From the human T2T-CHM13v2.0 reference genome, Homo sapiens, in assembly GCF_009914755.1 (NCBI RefSeq), contig NC_060925.1: 64,000 nt of DNA; one strand, 5' to 3'. Each line of letters begins with the position of its first letter. Positions within the stretch are counted from its first letter, which is position 1. The position numbers were made by a program, and so were the translations under genes. Below, one piece after another: positions 44,590 to 58,600 of this stretch. The notes under the pieces are model-generated. The model was not told the DNA's origin. It was given only the letters and a program-made list of their open reading frames with translations, and made no database searches.

Positions 44590-46005
44590 ATTGAATGGAA
44601 ATGAAAGGGGTCATCATCTAATGGAATCGCAGGGAATCAACATCAAATGGAATCGAATGGAATCATCATCAAATGGAATCTAATGGAATCATTGAACAGA
44701 ATTGAATGGAATCGTCATCGAATGAATTGAATGCAATCTTCGAATGGTCTCGAATGGAATCATCTTCTAATGGAAAGGAATGGAATCATCGCATAGAATC
44801 GAATGGAATTATCATCGAATGGAATCGAATGGTATCAACACCAAACGGAAAAAAACGGAATTATCGAATGGAATCGAAGAGAATCTTCGAACGGACCCGA
44901 ATGGAATCATCTAATGGAATGGAATGGAATAATGCATGGACTCGAATGCAATCATCATCGAATGGAATCGAATGGAATCATCGAATGGACTCGAATGGAA
45001 TAATCATTGAACGGAATCGATTGGAATCATCATCGGATGGAAACGAATGGAATCATCATCGAATGGAAATGAAAGGAGTCATCATCTAATGGAATTGCAT
45101 GGAATCATCATAAAATGGAATCGAATGGAATCAACATCAAATGGAATCAAATGGAATCATTGAACGGAATTGAATGGAATCGTCATCGAATGAATTGACT
45201 GCAATCATCGAATGGTCTCGAATGGAATCATCTTCAAATGGAATGGAATGGAATCATCGCATAGAATCGAATGGAATTATCATCGAATGGAATCGAATGG
45301 AATCAACATCAAACGGAAAAAAACGGAATTATCGAATGGAATCGAAGAGAATCATCGAATGGACCCGAATGGAATCATCTAATGGAATGGAATGGAATAA
45401 TCCATGGACTCGAATGCAATCATCATCGAATGGAATCGAATGGAATCATCGAATGGACTCGAATGGAATAATCATTGAACGGAATCGAATGGAATCATCA
45501 TCGGATGGAAACGAATGGAATCATCATCGAATGGAAATGAAAGGAGTCATCATCTAATGGAATTGCATGGAATCATCATAAAATGGAATCGAATGGAATC
45601 AACATCAAATGGAATCAAATGGAATCATTGAACGGAATTGAATGGAATCGTCATCGAATGAATTGACTGCAATCGTCGAATGGTCTCGAATGCAATCATC
45701 TTCAAATGGAATGGAATGGAATCATCGCATAGAATCGAATGGAATTATCATCGAATGGAATCGAATGGAATCAACATCAAACGGAAAAAAACGGAATTAT
45801 CGAATGGAATCGAAGAGAATCATCGAATGGACCCGAATGGAATCATCTAATGGAATGGAATGGAATAATCCATGGACTCGAATGCAATCATCATCGAATG
45901 GAATCGAATGGAATCATCGAATGGACTCGAATGGAATAATCATTGAACGGAATCGAATGGAATCATCATCGGATGGAAATGAATGGAATCATCATCGAAT
46001 GGAAT
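44590..46005 (+). repeat. Unit with three 468-bp subunits (A, B/A hybrid, B); 2,267-bp unit
   Basis: Anchors 44706, 45174 and 45642 are 468 apart. Unit length 2267 = 1776+468+23. Confidence 0.92.
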
Positions 46006-46531
46006 CGAATAGAATTATGGAATGAAATCCAGTGTGATCATCATCGAATGGACCCGAATGGAATCATCATCCAACGGAAGCTAATGGAATCAACATCGAA
46101 TGAATCGAATGGAAACACCATCGAATTGAAACGAATGGAATTATCATGAAATTGAAATGGATGGACTCATCATCGAATGGATTCGAATGGAATCATCGAA
46201 TAAAATTGATTGAAATCATCATCGAATGGAATCGAATGGTATCATTGAAAGGAATCGAATGGAATCATCATCAGATGGAAATGAATGGAATCGTCATAGA
46301 ATGGAATCGAATGGATTCATTGAATGGAATCAGATGGAATCATCGAATGGACTGGAATGGAATCATTGAATGGACTCGAAAGGGATCATGATTGAACGGA
46401 ATTGAATGGAATCATCGAATGGTCTCGATTTGAATCATTATCAAATGGAATCGAATGGAATCACCGAATAGAATCGAATGGAACAATCATCGAATGGACT
46501 CAAATGGAATTATCCTCCAATGGAATCGAAT

Positions 46532-46600
46532 GGAATTATCGAATGCAATCGAATGGAATTATCGAATGCAATCGAATGGAATTATCGAATGCAATCGAAT
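46532..46600 (+). repeat. Three perfect copies of the 23-mer GGAATTATCGAATGCAATCGAAT (two in the standard unit)
   Basis: Read directly at 46532-46554, 46555-46577 and 46578-46600; repeated at 63750-63818. Confidence 0.92.
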
Positions 46601-49600
46601 AGAATCATCGAATGGACTCGAATGGAATCATCGAATGGAATGGAATGGAACAGTCAATGAACTCGAATGGAATCATCATTGAATGGAATCGAATGGAATC
46701 ATCGAGTGGAATCGAATGGAATTATGATCAAATGGAATCGAATGTAATCATCATCAAATGGAATTAAAAATAACCATCATCAATAGGTATTGAATGGAAT
46801 TGTCATCAAATGGAATTCAAAGGAATCATCATCAAATGGAATCGAATGGAATCCTCATTGAATGGAAATGAAAGGGGTCATCATCTAATGGAATCGCATG
46901 GAATCATCATCAAATGGACTCGAATGGAATCATCATCAAATGGAATCTAATGGAATCATTGAACAGAATTGAATGGAATCGTCATCGAATGAATTGAATG
47001 CAATCATCGAATGGTCTCGAATGGAATCATCTTCTAATGGAAAGGAATGGAATCATCGCATAGAATCGAATGGAATTAACATTGAATGGACTCGAATGGA
47101 ATCAACATCAAATGGAATCAAGCGGAATTATCGAATGAAATCGAAGAGAATCATCGAATGGACTCGAATGGAATCATCTAATGGAATGGAATGGAATAAT
47201 CCACGGACTCGAATGCAATCATCATCGTATAGAATCGAATGGAATCATCGAATGGACTCGAATGGAATAACCATTGAACGGAATCGAATGGAATCATCAT
47301 CGGATGGAAACGAATGGAATCATCATCGAATGGAAATGAAAGGAGTCATCATCTAATGGAATTGCATGGAATCATCATAAAATGGAATCGAATGGAATCA
47401 ACATCAAATGGAATCAAATGGAATCATTGAACGGAATTGAATGGAATCGTCATCGAATGAATTGACTGCAATCATCGAATGGTCTCGAATGGAATCATCT
47501 TCAAATGGAATGGAATGGAATCATCGCATAGAATCGAATGGAATTATCATCGAATGGAATCGAATGGAATCAACATCAAACGGAAAAAAACGGAATTATC
47601 AAATGGAATCGAAGAGAATCATCGAATGGACCCGAATGGAATCATCTAATGGAATGGAATGGAATAATCCATGGACTCGAATGCAATCATCATCGAATGG
47701 AATCGAATGGAATCATCGAATGGACTCGAATGGAATAATCATTGAACGGAATCGAATGGAATCATCATCGGATGGAAATGAATGGAATCATCATCGAATG
47801 GAATCGAATAGAATTATGGAATGAAATCCAGTGTGATCATCATCGAATGGACCCGAATGGAATCATCATCCAACGGAAGCTAATGGAATCAACATCGAAT
47901 GAATCAAATGGAAACACCATCGAATTGAAACGAATGGAATTATCATGAAATTGAAATGGATGGACTCATCATCGAATGGATTCGAATGGAATCATCGAAT
48001 AAAATTGATTGAAATAATCATCGAATGGAATCGAATGGTATCATTGAATGGAATCGAATGGAATCATCATCAGATGGAAATGAATGGAATCGTCATAGAA
48101 TGGAATCGAATGGATTCATTGAATGGAATCAGATGGAATCATCGAATGGACTGGAATGGAATCATTGAATGGACTCGAAAGGGATCATGATTGAATGGAA
48201 TTGAATGGAATCATCGAATGGTCTCGATTGGAATCATTATCAAATGGAATCGAATGGAATCACCGAATAGAATCGAATGGAACAATCATCGAATGGACTC
48301 AAACGGAATTATCCTCAAATGGAATCGAATGGAATTATCAAATGCAATCGAATGGAATTATCGAATGCAATCGAATAGAATGATCGAATGGACTCGAATG
48401 GAATCATCGAATGGAATGGAATGGAACAGTCAATGAACTCGAATGGAATCATCATTGAATGGAATCGAATGGAATCATCGAGTGGAATCGAATGGAATTA
48501 TGATCAAATGGAATCGAATGTAATCATCATCAAATGGAATCAAAAATAACCATCATCAATTGGTATTGAATGGAATTGTCATCAAATGGAATTCAGAGGA
48601 ATCATCATCAAATGGAACCGAATGGAATCCTCATTGAATGGAAATGAAAGGGGTCATCATCTAATGGAATCGCATGGAATCATCATCAAATGGAATCGAA
48701 TGGAATCATCATCAAATGGAATCTAATGGAATCATTGAACAGAATTGAATGGAATCGTCATCGAATGAATTGAATGCAATCATCGAATGGTCTCGAATGG
48801 AATCATCTTCTAATGGAAAGGAATGGAATCATCGCATAGAATCGAATGGAATTATCATCGAATGGAATCGAATGGTATCAACACCAAACGGAAAAAAACG
48901 GAATTATCGAATGGAATCGAAGAGAATCTTCGAACGGACCCGAATGGAATCATCTAATGGAATGGAATGGAATAATCCATGGACTGGAATGCAATCATCA
49001 TCGAATGGAATCGAATGGAATCATCGAATGGACTCGAATGGAATAATCATTGAACGGAATCGAATGGAATCATCACCGGATGGAAACGAATGGAATCATC
49101 ATCGAATGGAAATGAAAGGAGTCATCATCTAATGGAATTGCATGGAATCATCATAAAATGGAATCGAATGGAATCAACATCAAATGGAATCAAATGGAAT
49201 AATTGAACGGAATTGAATGGAATCGTCATCGAATGAATTGAATGCAATCATCGAATGGTCTAGAATGGAATCATCTTCAAATGGAATGGAATGGAATCAT
49301 CGCATAGAATCGAATGGAAGTATCATCGAATGGAATCGAATGGAATCAACATCAAACGGAAAAAAACGGAATTATCGAATGGAATCGAAGAGAATCATCG
49401 AATGGACCCGAATGGAATCATCTAATGGAATGGAATGGAATAATCCATGGACTCGAATGCAATCATCATCGAATGGAATCGAATGGAATCATCGAATGGA
49501 CTCGAATGGAATAATCATTGAACGGAATCTAATGGATTCATCATCGGATGGAAATGAATGGAATCATCATCGAATGGAATCGAATAGAATTATGGAATGA

Positions 49601-50526
49601 AATCCAGTGTGATCATCATCGAATGAACCCGAATGGAATCATCATCCAACGGAAGCTAATGGAATCAACATCGAATGAATCGAATGGAAACACCATCGAA
49701 TTGAAACGAATGGAATTATCTTGAAATTGAAATGGATGGACTCATCATCGAATGGATTCGAATGGAATCATCGAATAAAATTGATTGAAATCATCATCCA
49801 ATGGAATCGAATGGTATCATTGAATGGAATCGAATGGAATCATCATCAGATGGAAATGAATGGAATCGTCATAGAATGGAATCGAATGGATTCATTGAAT
49901 GGAATCAGATGGAATCATCGAATGGACTGGAATGGAATCATTGAATGGACTCGAAAGGGATCATGATTGAATGGAATTGAATGGAATCATCGAATGGTCT
50001 CGATTGGAATCATTATCAAATGGAATCGAATGGAATCACCGAATAGAATCGAATGGAACAATCATCGAATGGACTCAAATGGAATTATCCTCCAATGGAA
50101 TCGAATGGAATTATCGAATGCAATCGAATGGAATTATCGAATGCAATCGAATAGAATCATCGAATGGACTCGAATGGAATCATCTAATGGAATGGAATGG
50201 AACAGTCAATGAACTCGAATGGAATCATCATTGAATGGAATCGAATGGAATCATTGAGTGGAATCGAATGGAATTATGATCAAATGGAATCGAATATAAT
50301 CATCATCAAATGGAATCAAAAATAACCATCATCAATTGGTATTGAATGGAATTCTCATCAAATGGAATTCAAAGGAATCATCATCAAATGGAACTGAATG
50401 GAATCCTCATTGAATGGAAATGAAAGGGTCATCATCTAATGGAATCGCATGGAAGCATCATCAAATGGAATCTGATGGAATCATTGAACAGAATTGAATG
50501 GAATCGTCATCGAATGAATTGAATGC

Positions 50527-50820
50527 AATCATCGAATGGTCTCGAATATAATCACATTCTAATGGAAAGGAATGGAATCATCGCATAGAATCGAATGGAA
50601 TTAACATTGAATGGACTCGAATGGAATCAACATCAAACGGAATCAAGCGGAATTATCGAATGGAATCGAAGAGAATCATCGAATGGTCTCGAATGGAATC
50701 ATCTTCTAATGGAAAGGAATGGAATCATCGCATAGAATCGAATGGAATTAACATTGAATGGACTCGAATGGAATCAACATCAAATGGAATCAAGCGGAAT
50801 TATCGAATGAAATCGAAGAG
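50527..50820 (+). repeat. 147-bp tandem duplication within a divergent A subunit
   Basis: aatcatcgaatgg(t/a)ctcgaat at 50527, 50674 and 50821; ggaattaacattgaatggactc and ggaatcaagcgg each occur twice. Unit length 1923 = 1776+147. Confidence 0.9.
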
Positions 50821-53800
50821 AATCATCGAATGGACTCGAATGGAATCATCTAATGGAATGGAATGGAATAATCCACGGACTCGAATGCAATCATCATCGT
50901 ATAGAATCGAATGGAATCATCGAATGGACTCGAATGGAATAACCATTGAACGGAATCGAATGGAATCATCATCGGATGGAAACGAATGGAATCATCATCG
51001 AATGGAAATGAAAGGAGTCATCATCTAATGGAATTGCATGGAATCATCATAAAATGGAATCGAATGGAATCAACATCAAATGGAATCAAATGGAATCATT
51101 GAACGGAATTGAATGGAATCGTCATCGAATGAATTGACTGCAATCATCGAATGGTCTCGAATGGAATCATCTTCAAATGGAATGGAATGGAATCATCGCA
51201 TAGAATCGAATGGAATTATCGTCGAATGGAATCGAATGGAATCAACATCAAACGGAAAAAAACGGAATTATCAAATGGAATCGAAGAGAATCATCGAATG
51301 GACCCGAATGGAATCATCTAATGGAATGGAATGGAATAATCCATGGACTCGAATGCAATCATCATCGAATGGAATCGAATGGAATCATCGAATGGACTTG
51401 AATGGAATAATCATTGAACGGAATCGAATGGAATCATCATCGGATGGAAATGAATGGAATCATCATCGAATGGAATCGAATAGAATTATGGAATGAAATC
51501 CAGTGTGATCATCATCGAATGGACCCGAATGGAATCATCATCCAACGGAAGCTAATGGAATCAACATCGAATGAATCAAATGGAAACACCATCGAATTGA
51601 AACGAATGGAATTATCATGAAATTGAAATGGATGGACTCATCATCGAATGGATTCGAATGGAATCATCGAATAAAATTGATTGAAATCATCATCGAATGG
51701 AATCGAATGGTATCATTGAATGGAATCGAATGGAATCATCATCAGATGGAAATGAATGGAATCGTCATAGAATGGAATCGAATGGATTCATTGAATGGAA
51801 TCAGATGGAATCATCGAATGGACTGGAATGGAATCATTGAATGGACTCGAAAGGGATCATGATTGAATGGAATTGAATGGAATCATCGAATGGTCTCGAT
51901 TGGAATCATTATCAAATGGAATCGAATGGAATCACCGAATAGAATCGAATGGAACAATCATCGAATGGACTCAAATGGAATTATCCTCAAATGGAATCGA
52001 ATGGAATTATCAAATGCAATCGAATGGAATTGTCGAATGCAATCGAATAGAATCATCGAATGGACTCGAATGGAATCATCGAATGGAATGGAATGGAACA
52101 GTCAATGAACTCGAATGGAATCATCATTGAATGGAATCGAATGGAATCATCGAGTGGAATCGAATGGAATTATGATCAAATGGAATCGAATGTAATCATC
52201 ATCAAATGGAATCAAAAATAACCATCATCAATTGGTATTGAATGGAATTGTCATCAAATGGAATTCAAAGGAATCATCATCAAATGGAACCGAATGGAAT
52301 CCTCATTGAATGGAAATGAAAGGGGTCATCATCTAATGGAATCGCATGGAATCATCATCAAATGGAATCGAATGGAATCATCATCAAATGGAATCTAATG
52401 GAATCATTGAACAGAATTGAATGGAATCGTCATCGAATGAATTGAATGCAATCATCGAATGGTCTCGAATGGAATCATCTTCTAATGGAAAGGAATGGAA
52501 TCATCGCATAGAATCGAATGGAATTATCATCGAATGGAATCGAATGGTATCAACACCAAACGGAAAAAAACGGAATTATCGAATGGAATCGAAGAGAATC
52601 TTCGAACGGACCCGAATGGAATCATCTAATGGAATGGAATGGAATAATCCATGGACTCGAATGCAATCATCATCGAATGGAATGGAATGGAATCATCGAA
52701 TGGACTCGAATGGAATAATCATTGAACGGAATCGAATGGAATCATCATCGGATGGAAACGAATGGAATCATCATCGAATGGAAATGAAAGGAGTCATCAT
52801 CTAATGGAATTGCATGGAATCATCATAAAATGGAATCGAATGGAATCAACATCAAATGGAATCAAATGGAATCATTGAACGGAATTGAATGGAATCGTCA
52901 TCGAATGAATTGAATGCAATCATCGAATGGTCTAGAATGGAATCATCTTCAAATGGAATGGAATGGAATCATCGCATAGAATCGAATGCAATTATCATCG
53001 AATGGAATCGAATGGAATCAACATCAAACGGAAAAAAACGGAATTATCAAATGGAATCGAAGAGAATCATCGAATGGACCCGAATGGAATCATCTAATGG
53101 AATGGAATGGAATAATCCATGGACTCGAATGCAATCATCATCGAATGGAATCGAATGGAATCATCGAATGGACTTGAATGGAATAATCATTGAACGGAAT
53201 CGAATGGAATCATCATCGGATGGAAATGAATGGAATCATGATCGAATGGAATCGAATAGAATTATGGAATGAAATCCAGTGTGATCATCATCGAATGAAC
53301 CCGAATGGAATCATCATCCAACGGAAGCTAATGGAATCAACATCGAATGAATCGAATGGAAACACCATCGAATTGAAACGAATGGAATTATCTTGAAATT
53401 GTAATGGATGGACTCATCATCGAATGGATTCGAATGGAATCATCGAATAAAATTGATTGAAATCATCATCCAATGGAATCGAATGGTATCATTGAATGGA
53501 ATCGAATGGAATCATCATCAGATGGAAATGAATGGAATCGTCATAGAATGGAATCGAATGGATTCATTGAATGGAATCAGATGGAATCATCGAATGGACT
53601 GGAATGGAATCATTGAATGGACTCAAAAGGGATCATGATTGAATGGAATTGAATGGAATCATCGAATGGTCTCGATTGGAATCATTATCAAATGGAATCG
53701 AATGGAATCACCGAATAGAATCGAATGGAACAATCATCGAATGGACTCAAATGGAATTATCCTCCAATGGAATCGAATGGAATTATCGAATGCAATCGAA

Positions 53801-54196
53801 TGGAATTATCGAATGCAATCGAATAGAATCATCGAATGGACTCGAATGGAATCATCGAATGGAATGGAATGGAACAGTCAATGAACTCGAATGGAATCAT
53901 CATTGAATGGAATCGAATGGAATCATCGAGTGGAATCGAATGGAATTATGATCAAATGGAATCGAATATAATCATCATCAAATGGAATCAGAAATAACCA
54001 TCATCAATTGGTATTGAATGGAATTCTCATCAAATGGAATTCAAAGGAATCATCATCAAATGGAACTGAATGGAATCCTCATTGAATGGAAATGAAAGGG
54101 GTCATCATCTAATGGAATCGCATGGAATCATCATCAAATGGAATCGAATGGAATCATCATCAAATGGAATCTGATGGAATCATTGAACAGAATTGA

Positions 54197-55640
54197 ATGG
54201 AATCGTCATCGAATGAATTGAATGCAATCATCGAATGGTCTCGAATGTAATCACATTCTAATGGAAAGGAATGGAATCATCGCATAGAATCGAATGGAAT
54301 TAACATTGAATGGACTCGAATGGAATCAACATCAAACGGAATCAAGCGGAATTATCGAATGGAATCGAAGAGAATCATCGAATGGTCTCGAATGGAATCA
54401 TCTTCTAATGGAAAGGAATGGAATCATCGCATAGAATCGAATAGAATTAACATTGAATGGACTCGAATGGAATCAACATCAAATGGAATCAAGCGGAATT
54501 ATCGAATGAAATCGAAGAGAATCATCGAATGGACTCGAATGGAATCATCTAATGGAATGGAATGGAATAATCCACGGACTCGAATGCAATCATCATCGTA
54601 TAGAATCGAATGGAATCATCGAATGGACTCGAATGGAATAACCATTGAACGGAATCGAATGGAATCATCATCGGATGGAAACGAATGGAATCGTCATCGA
54701 ATGGAAATGTAAGGAGGCATCATCTAATGGAATTGCATGGAATCATCATAAAATGGAATCGAATGGAATCATCATCAAATGGAATCTAATGGAATCATTG
54801 AACAGAATTGAATGGAATCGTCATCGAATGAATTGAATGCAATCATCGAATGGTCTCGAATGGAATCATCTTCTAATGGAAAGGAATGGAATCATCGCAT
54901 GGAATCGAATGGAATTATCATCGAATGGAATCGAATGGTATCAACACCAAACGGAAAAAAACGGAATTATCGAATGGAATCGAAGAGAATCTTCGAACGG
55001 ACCCGAATGGAATCATCTAATGGAATGGAATGGAATAATCCATGGACTCGAATGCAATCATCATCGAATGGAATCGAATGGAATCATCGAATGGACTCGA
55101 ATGGAATAATCATTGAACGGAATCGAATGGAATCATCATCGGATGGAAACGAATGGAATCATCATCGAATGGAAATGAAAGGAGTCATCATCTAATGGAA
55201 TTGCATGGAATCATCATAAAATGGAATCGAATGGAATCAACATCAAATAGAATCAAATGGAATCATTGAACGGAATTGAATGGAATCGTCATCGAATGAA
55301 TTGACTGCAATCATCCAATGGTCTCGAATGGAATCATCTTCAAATGGAATGGAATGGAATCATCGCATAGAATCGAATGGAATTATCATCGAATGGAATC
55401 GAATGGAATCAACATCAAACGGAAAAAAACGGAATTATCGACAGGAATCGAAGAGAATCATCGAATGGACCCGAATGGAATCATCTAATGGAATGGAATG
55501 GAATAATCCATGGACTCGAATGCAATCATCATCGAATGGAATGGAATGGAATCATCGAATGGACTCGAATGGAATAATCATTGAACGGAATCGAATGAAA
55601 TCATCATCGGATGGAAATGAATGGAATCATCATCGAATGG
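54197..55640 (+). repeat. Unit with the 147-bp duplication (54226-54519) plus an extra 468-bp subunit (divergent A, A, B); 2,390-bp unit
   Basis: Anchors 54197, 54812 (+615 = 468+147) and 55280 (+468); next unit at 56587. 2390 = 1776+147+468-1. Confidence 0.88.
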
Positions 55641-58600
55641 AATCGAATAGAATTATGGAATGAAACCCAGTGTGATCATCATCGAATGGACCCGAATGGA
55701 ATCATCATCCAACGGAAGCTAATGGAATCAACATCGAATGAATCGAATGGAAACACCATCGAATTGAAACGAATGGAATTATCATGAAATTGAAATGGAT
55801 GGACTCATCATCAAATGGATTCGAATGGAATCATCGAATAAAATTGATTGAAATCATCATCCAATGGAATCGAATGGTATCATTGAATGGAATCGAATGG
55901 AATCATCATCAGATGGAAATGAATGGAATCGTCATAGAATGGAATCGAATGGATTCATTGAATGGAATCAGATGGAATCATCGAATGGACTGGAATGGAA
56001 TCATTGAATGGACTCGAAAGGGATCATTATTGAATGGAATTGAATGGAATCATCGAATGGTCTCGATTCAATCATTATCAAATGGAATCGAATGGAATCA
56101 CCGAATAGAATCGAATGGAACAATCATCGAATGGACTCAAATGGAATTATCCTCCAATGGAATCGAATGGAATTATCGAATGCAATCGAATGGAATTATC
56201 GAATGCAATCGAATAGAATCATCGAATGGACTCGAATGGAATCATCGAATGGAATGGAATGGAACAGTCAATGAACTCGAATGGAATCATCATTGAATGG
56301 AATCGAATGGAATCATCGAGTGGAATCGAATGGAATTATGATCAAATGGAATCGAATGTAATCATCATCAAATGGAATCAAAAATAACCATCATCAATTG
56401 GTATTGAATGGAATTGTCATCAAATGGAATTCAAAGGAATCATCATCAAATGGAACCGAATGGAATCCTCATTGAATGGAAATGAAAGGGGTCATCATCT
56501 AATGGAATCGCAGGGAATCAACATCAAATGGAATCGAATGGAATCATCATCAAATGGAATCTAATGGAATCATTGAACAGAATTGAATGGAATCGTCATC
56601 GAATGAATTGAATGCAATCTTCGAATGGTCTCGAATGGAATCATCTTCTAATGGAAAGGAATGGAATCATCGCATAGAATCGAATGGAATTATCATCGAA
56701 TGGAATCGAATGGTATCAACACCAAACGGAAAAAAACGGAATTATCGAATGGAATCGAAGAGAATCTTCGAACGGACCCGAATGGAATCATCTAATGGAA
56801 TGGAATGGAATAATCCATGGACTCGAATGCAATCATCATCGAATGGAATCGAATGGAATCATCGAATGGACTCGAATGGAATAATCATTGAACGGAATCG
56901 AATGGAATCATCATCGGATGGAAACGAATGGAATCATCATCGAATGGAAATGAAAGGAGTCATCATCTAATGGAATTGCATGGAATCATCATAAAATGTA
57001 ATCGAATGGAATCAACATCAAATGGAATCAAATGGAATCATTGAACGGAATTGAATGGAATCGTCATCGAATGAATTGACTGCAATCATCCAATGGTCTC
57101 GAATGGAATCATCTTCAAATGGAATGGAATGGAATCATCGCATAGAATCGAATGGAATTATCATCGAATGGAATCGAATGGAATCAACATCCAACGGAAA
57201 AAAACGGAATTATCGAATGGAATCGAAGAGAATCATCGAATGGACCCGAATGGAATCATCTAATGGAATGGAATGGAATAATCCATGGACTCGAATGCAA
57301 TCATCATCGAATGGAATCGAATGGAATCATCGAATGGACTCGAATGGAATAATCATTGAACGGAATCGAATGGAATCATCATCGGATGGAAATGAATGGA
57401 ATCATCATCGAATGGAATCGAATAGAATTATGGAATGAAATCCAGTGTGATCATCATCGAATGGACCCGAATGGAATCATCATCCAACGGAAGCTAATGG
57501 AATCAACATCGAATGAATCAAATGGAAACACCATCGAATTGAAACGAATGGAATTATCATGAAATTGAAATGGATGGACTCATCATCGAATGGATTCGAA
57601 TGGAATCATCGAATAAAATTGATTGAAATCATCATCGAATGGAATCGAATGGTATCATTGAATGGAATCGAATGGAATCATCATCAGATGGAAATGAATG
57701 GAATCGTCATAGAATGGAATCGAATGGATTCATTGAATGGAATCAGATGGAATCATCGAATGGACTGGAATGGAATCATTGAATGGACTCGAAAGGGATC
57801 ATGATTGAATGGAATTGAATGGAATCATCGAATGGTCTCGATTGGAATCATTATCAAATGGAATCGAATGGAATCACCGAATAGAATCGAATGGAACAAT
57901 CATCGAATGGACTCAAATGGAATTATCCTCCAATGGAATCGAATGGAATTATCAAATGCAATCGAATGGAATTATCGAATGCAATCGAATAGAATCATCG
58001 AATGGACTCGAATGGAATCATCGAATGGAATGGAATGGAACAGTCAATGAACTCGAATGGAATCATCATTGAATGGAATCGAATGGAATCATCGAGTGGA
58101 ATCGAATGGAATTATGATCAAATGGAATCGAATGTTATCATCATCAAATGGAATCAAAAATAACCATCATCAATTGGTATTGAATGGAATTGTCATCAAA
58201 TGGAATTCAAAGGAATCATCATCAAATGGAACCGAATGGAATCCTCATTGAATGGAAATGAAAGGGGTCATCATCTAATGGAATCGCATGGAATCATCAT
58301 CAAATGGAATCGAATGGAATCATCATCAAATGGAATCTAATGGAATCATTGAACAGAATTGAATGGAATCGTCATCGAATGAATTGAATGCAATCATCGA
58401 ATGGTCTCGAATGGAATCATCTTCTAATGGAAAGGAAAGGAATCATCGCATAGAATCGAATGGAATTATCATCGAATGGAATCGAATGGTATCAACACCA
58501 AACGGAAAAAAACGGAATTATCGAATGGAATCGAAGAGAATCTTCGAACGGACCCGAATGGAATCATCTAATGGAATGGAATGGAATAATCCATGGACTC

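Noticed and set aside
50527-50820. 147-bp duplication matching nucleosome core length
   Set aside because: 147 equals three 49-bp (23+26) satellite periods and is set by word homology at the junction. It is a single event, so there is no basis for a nucleosome explanation.
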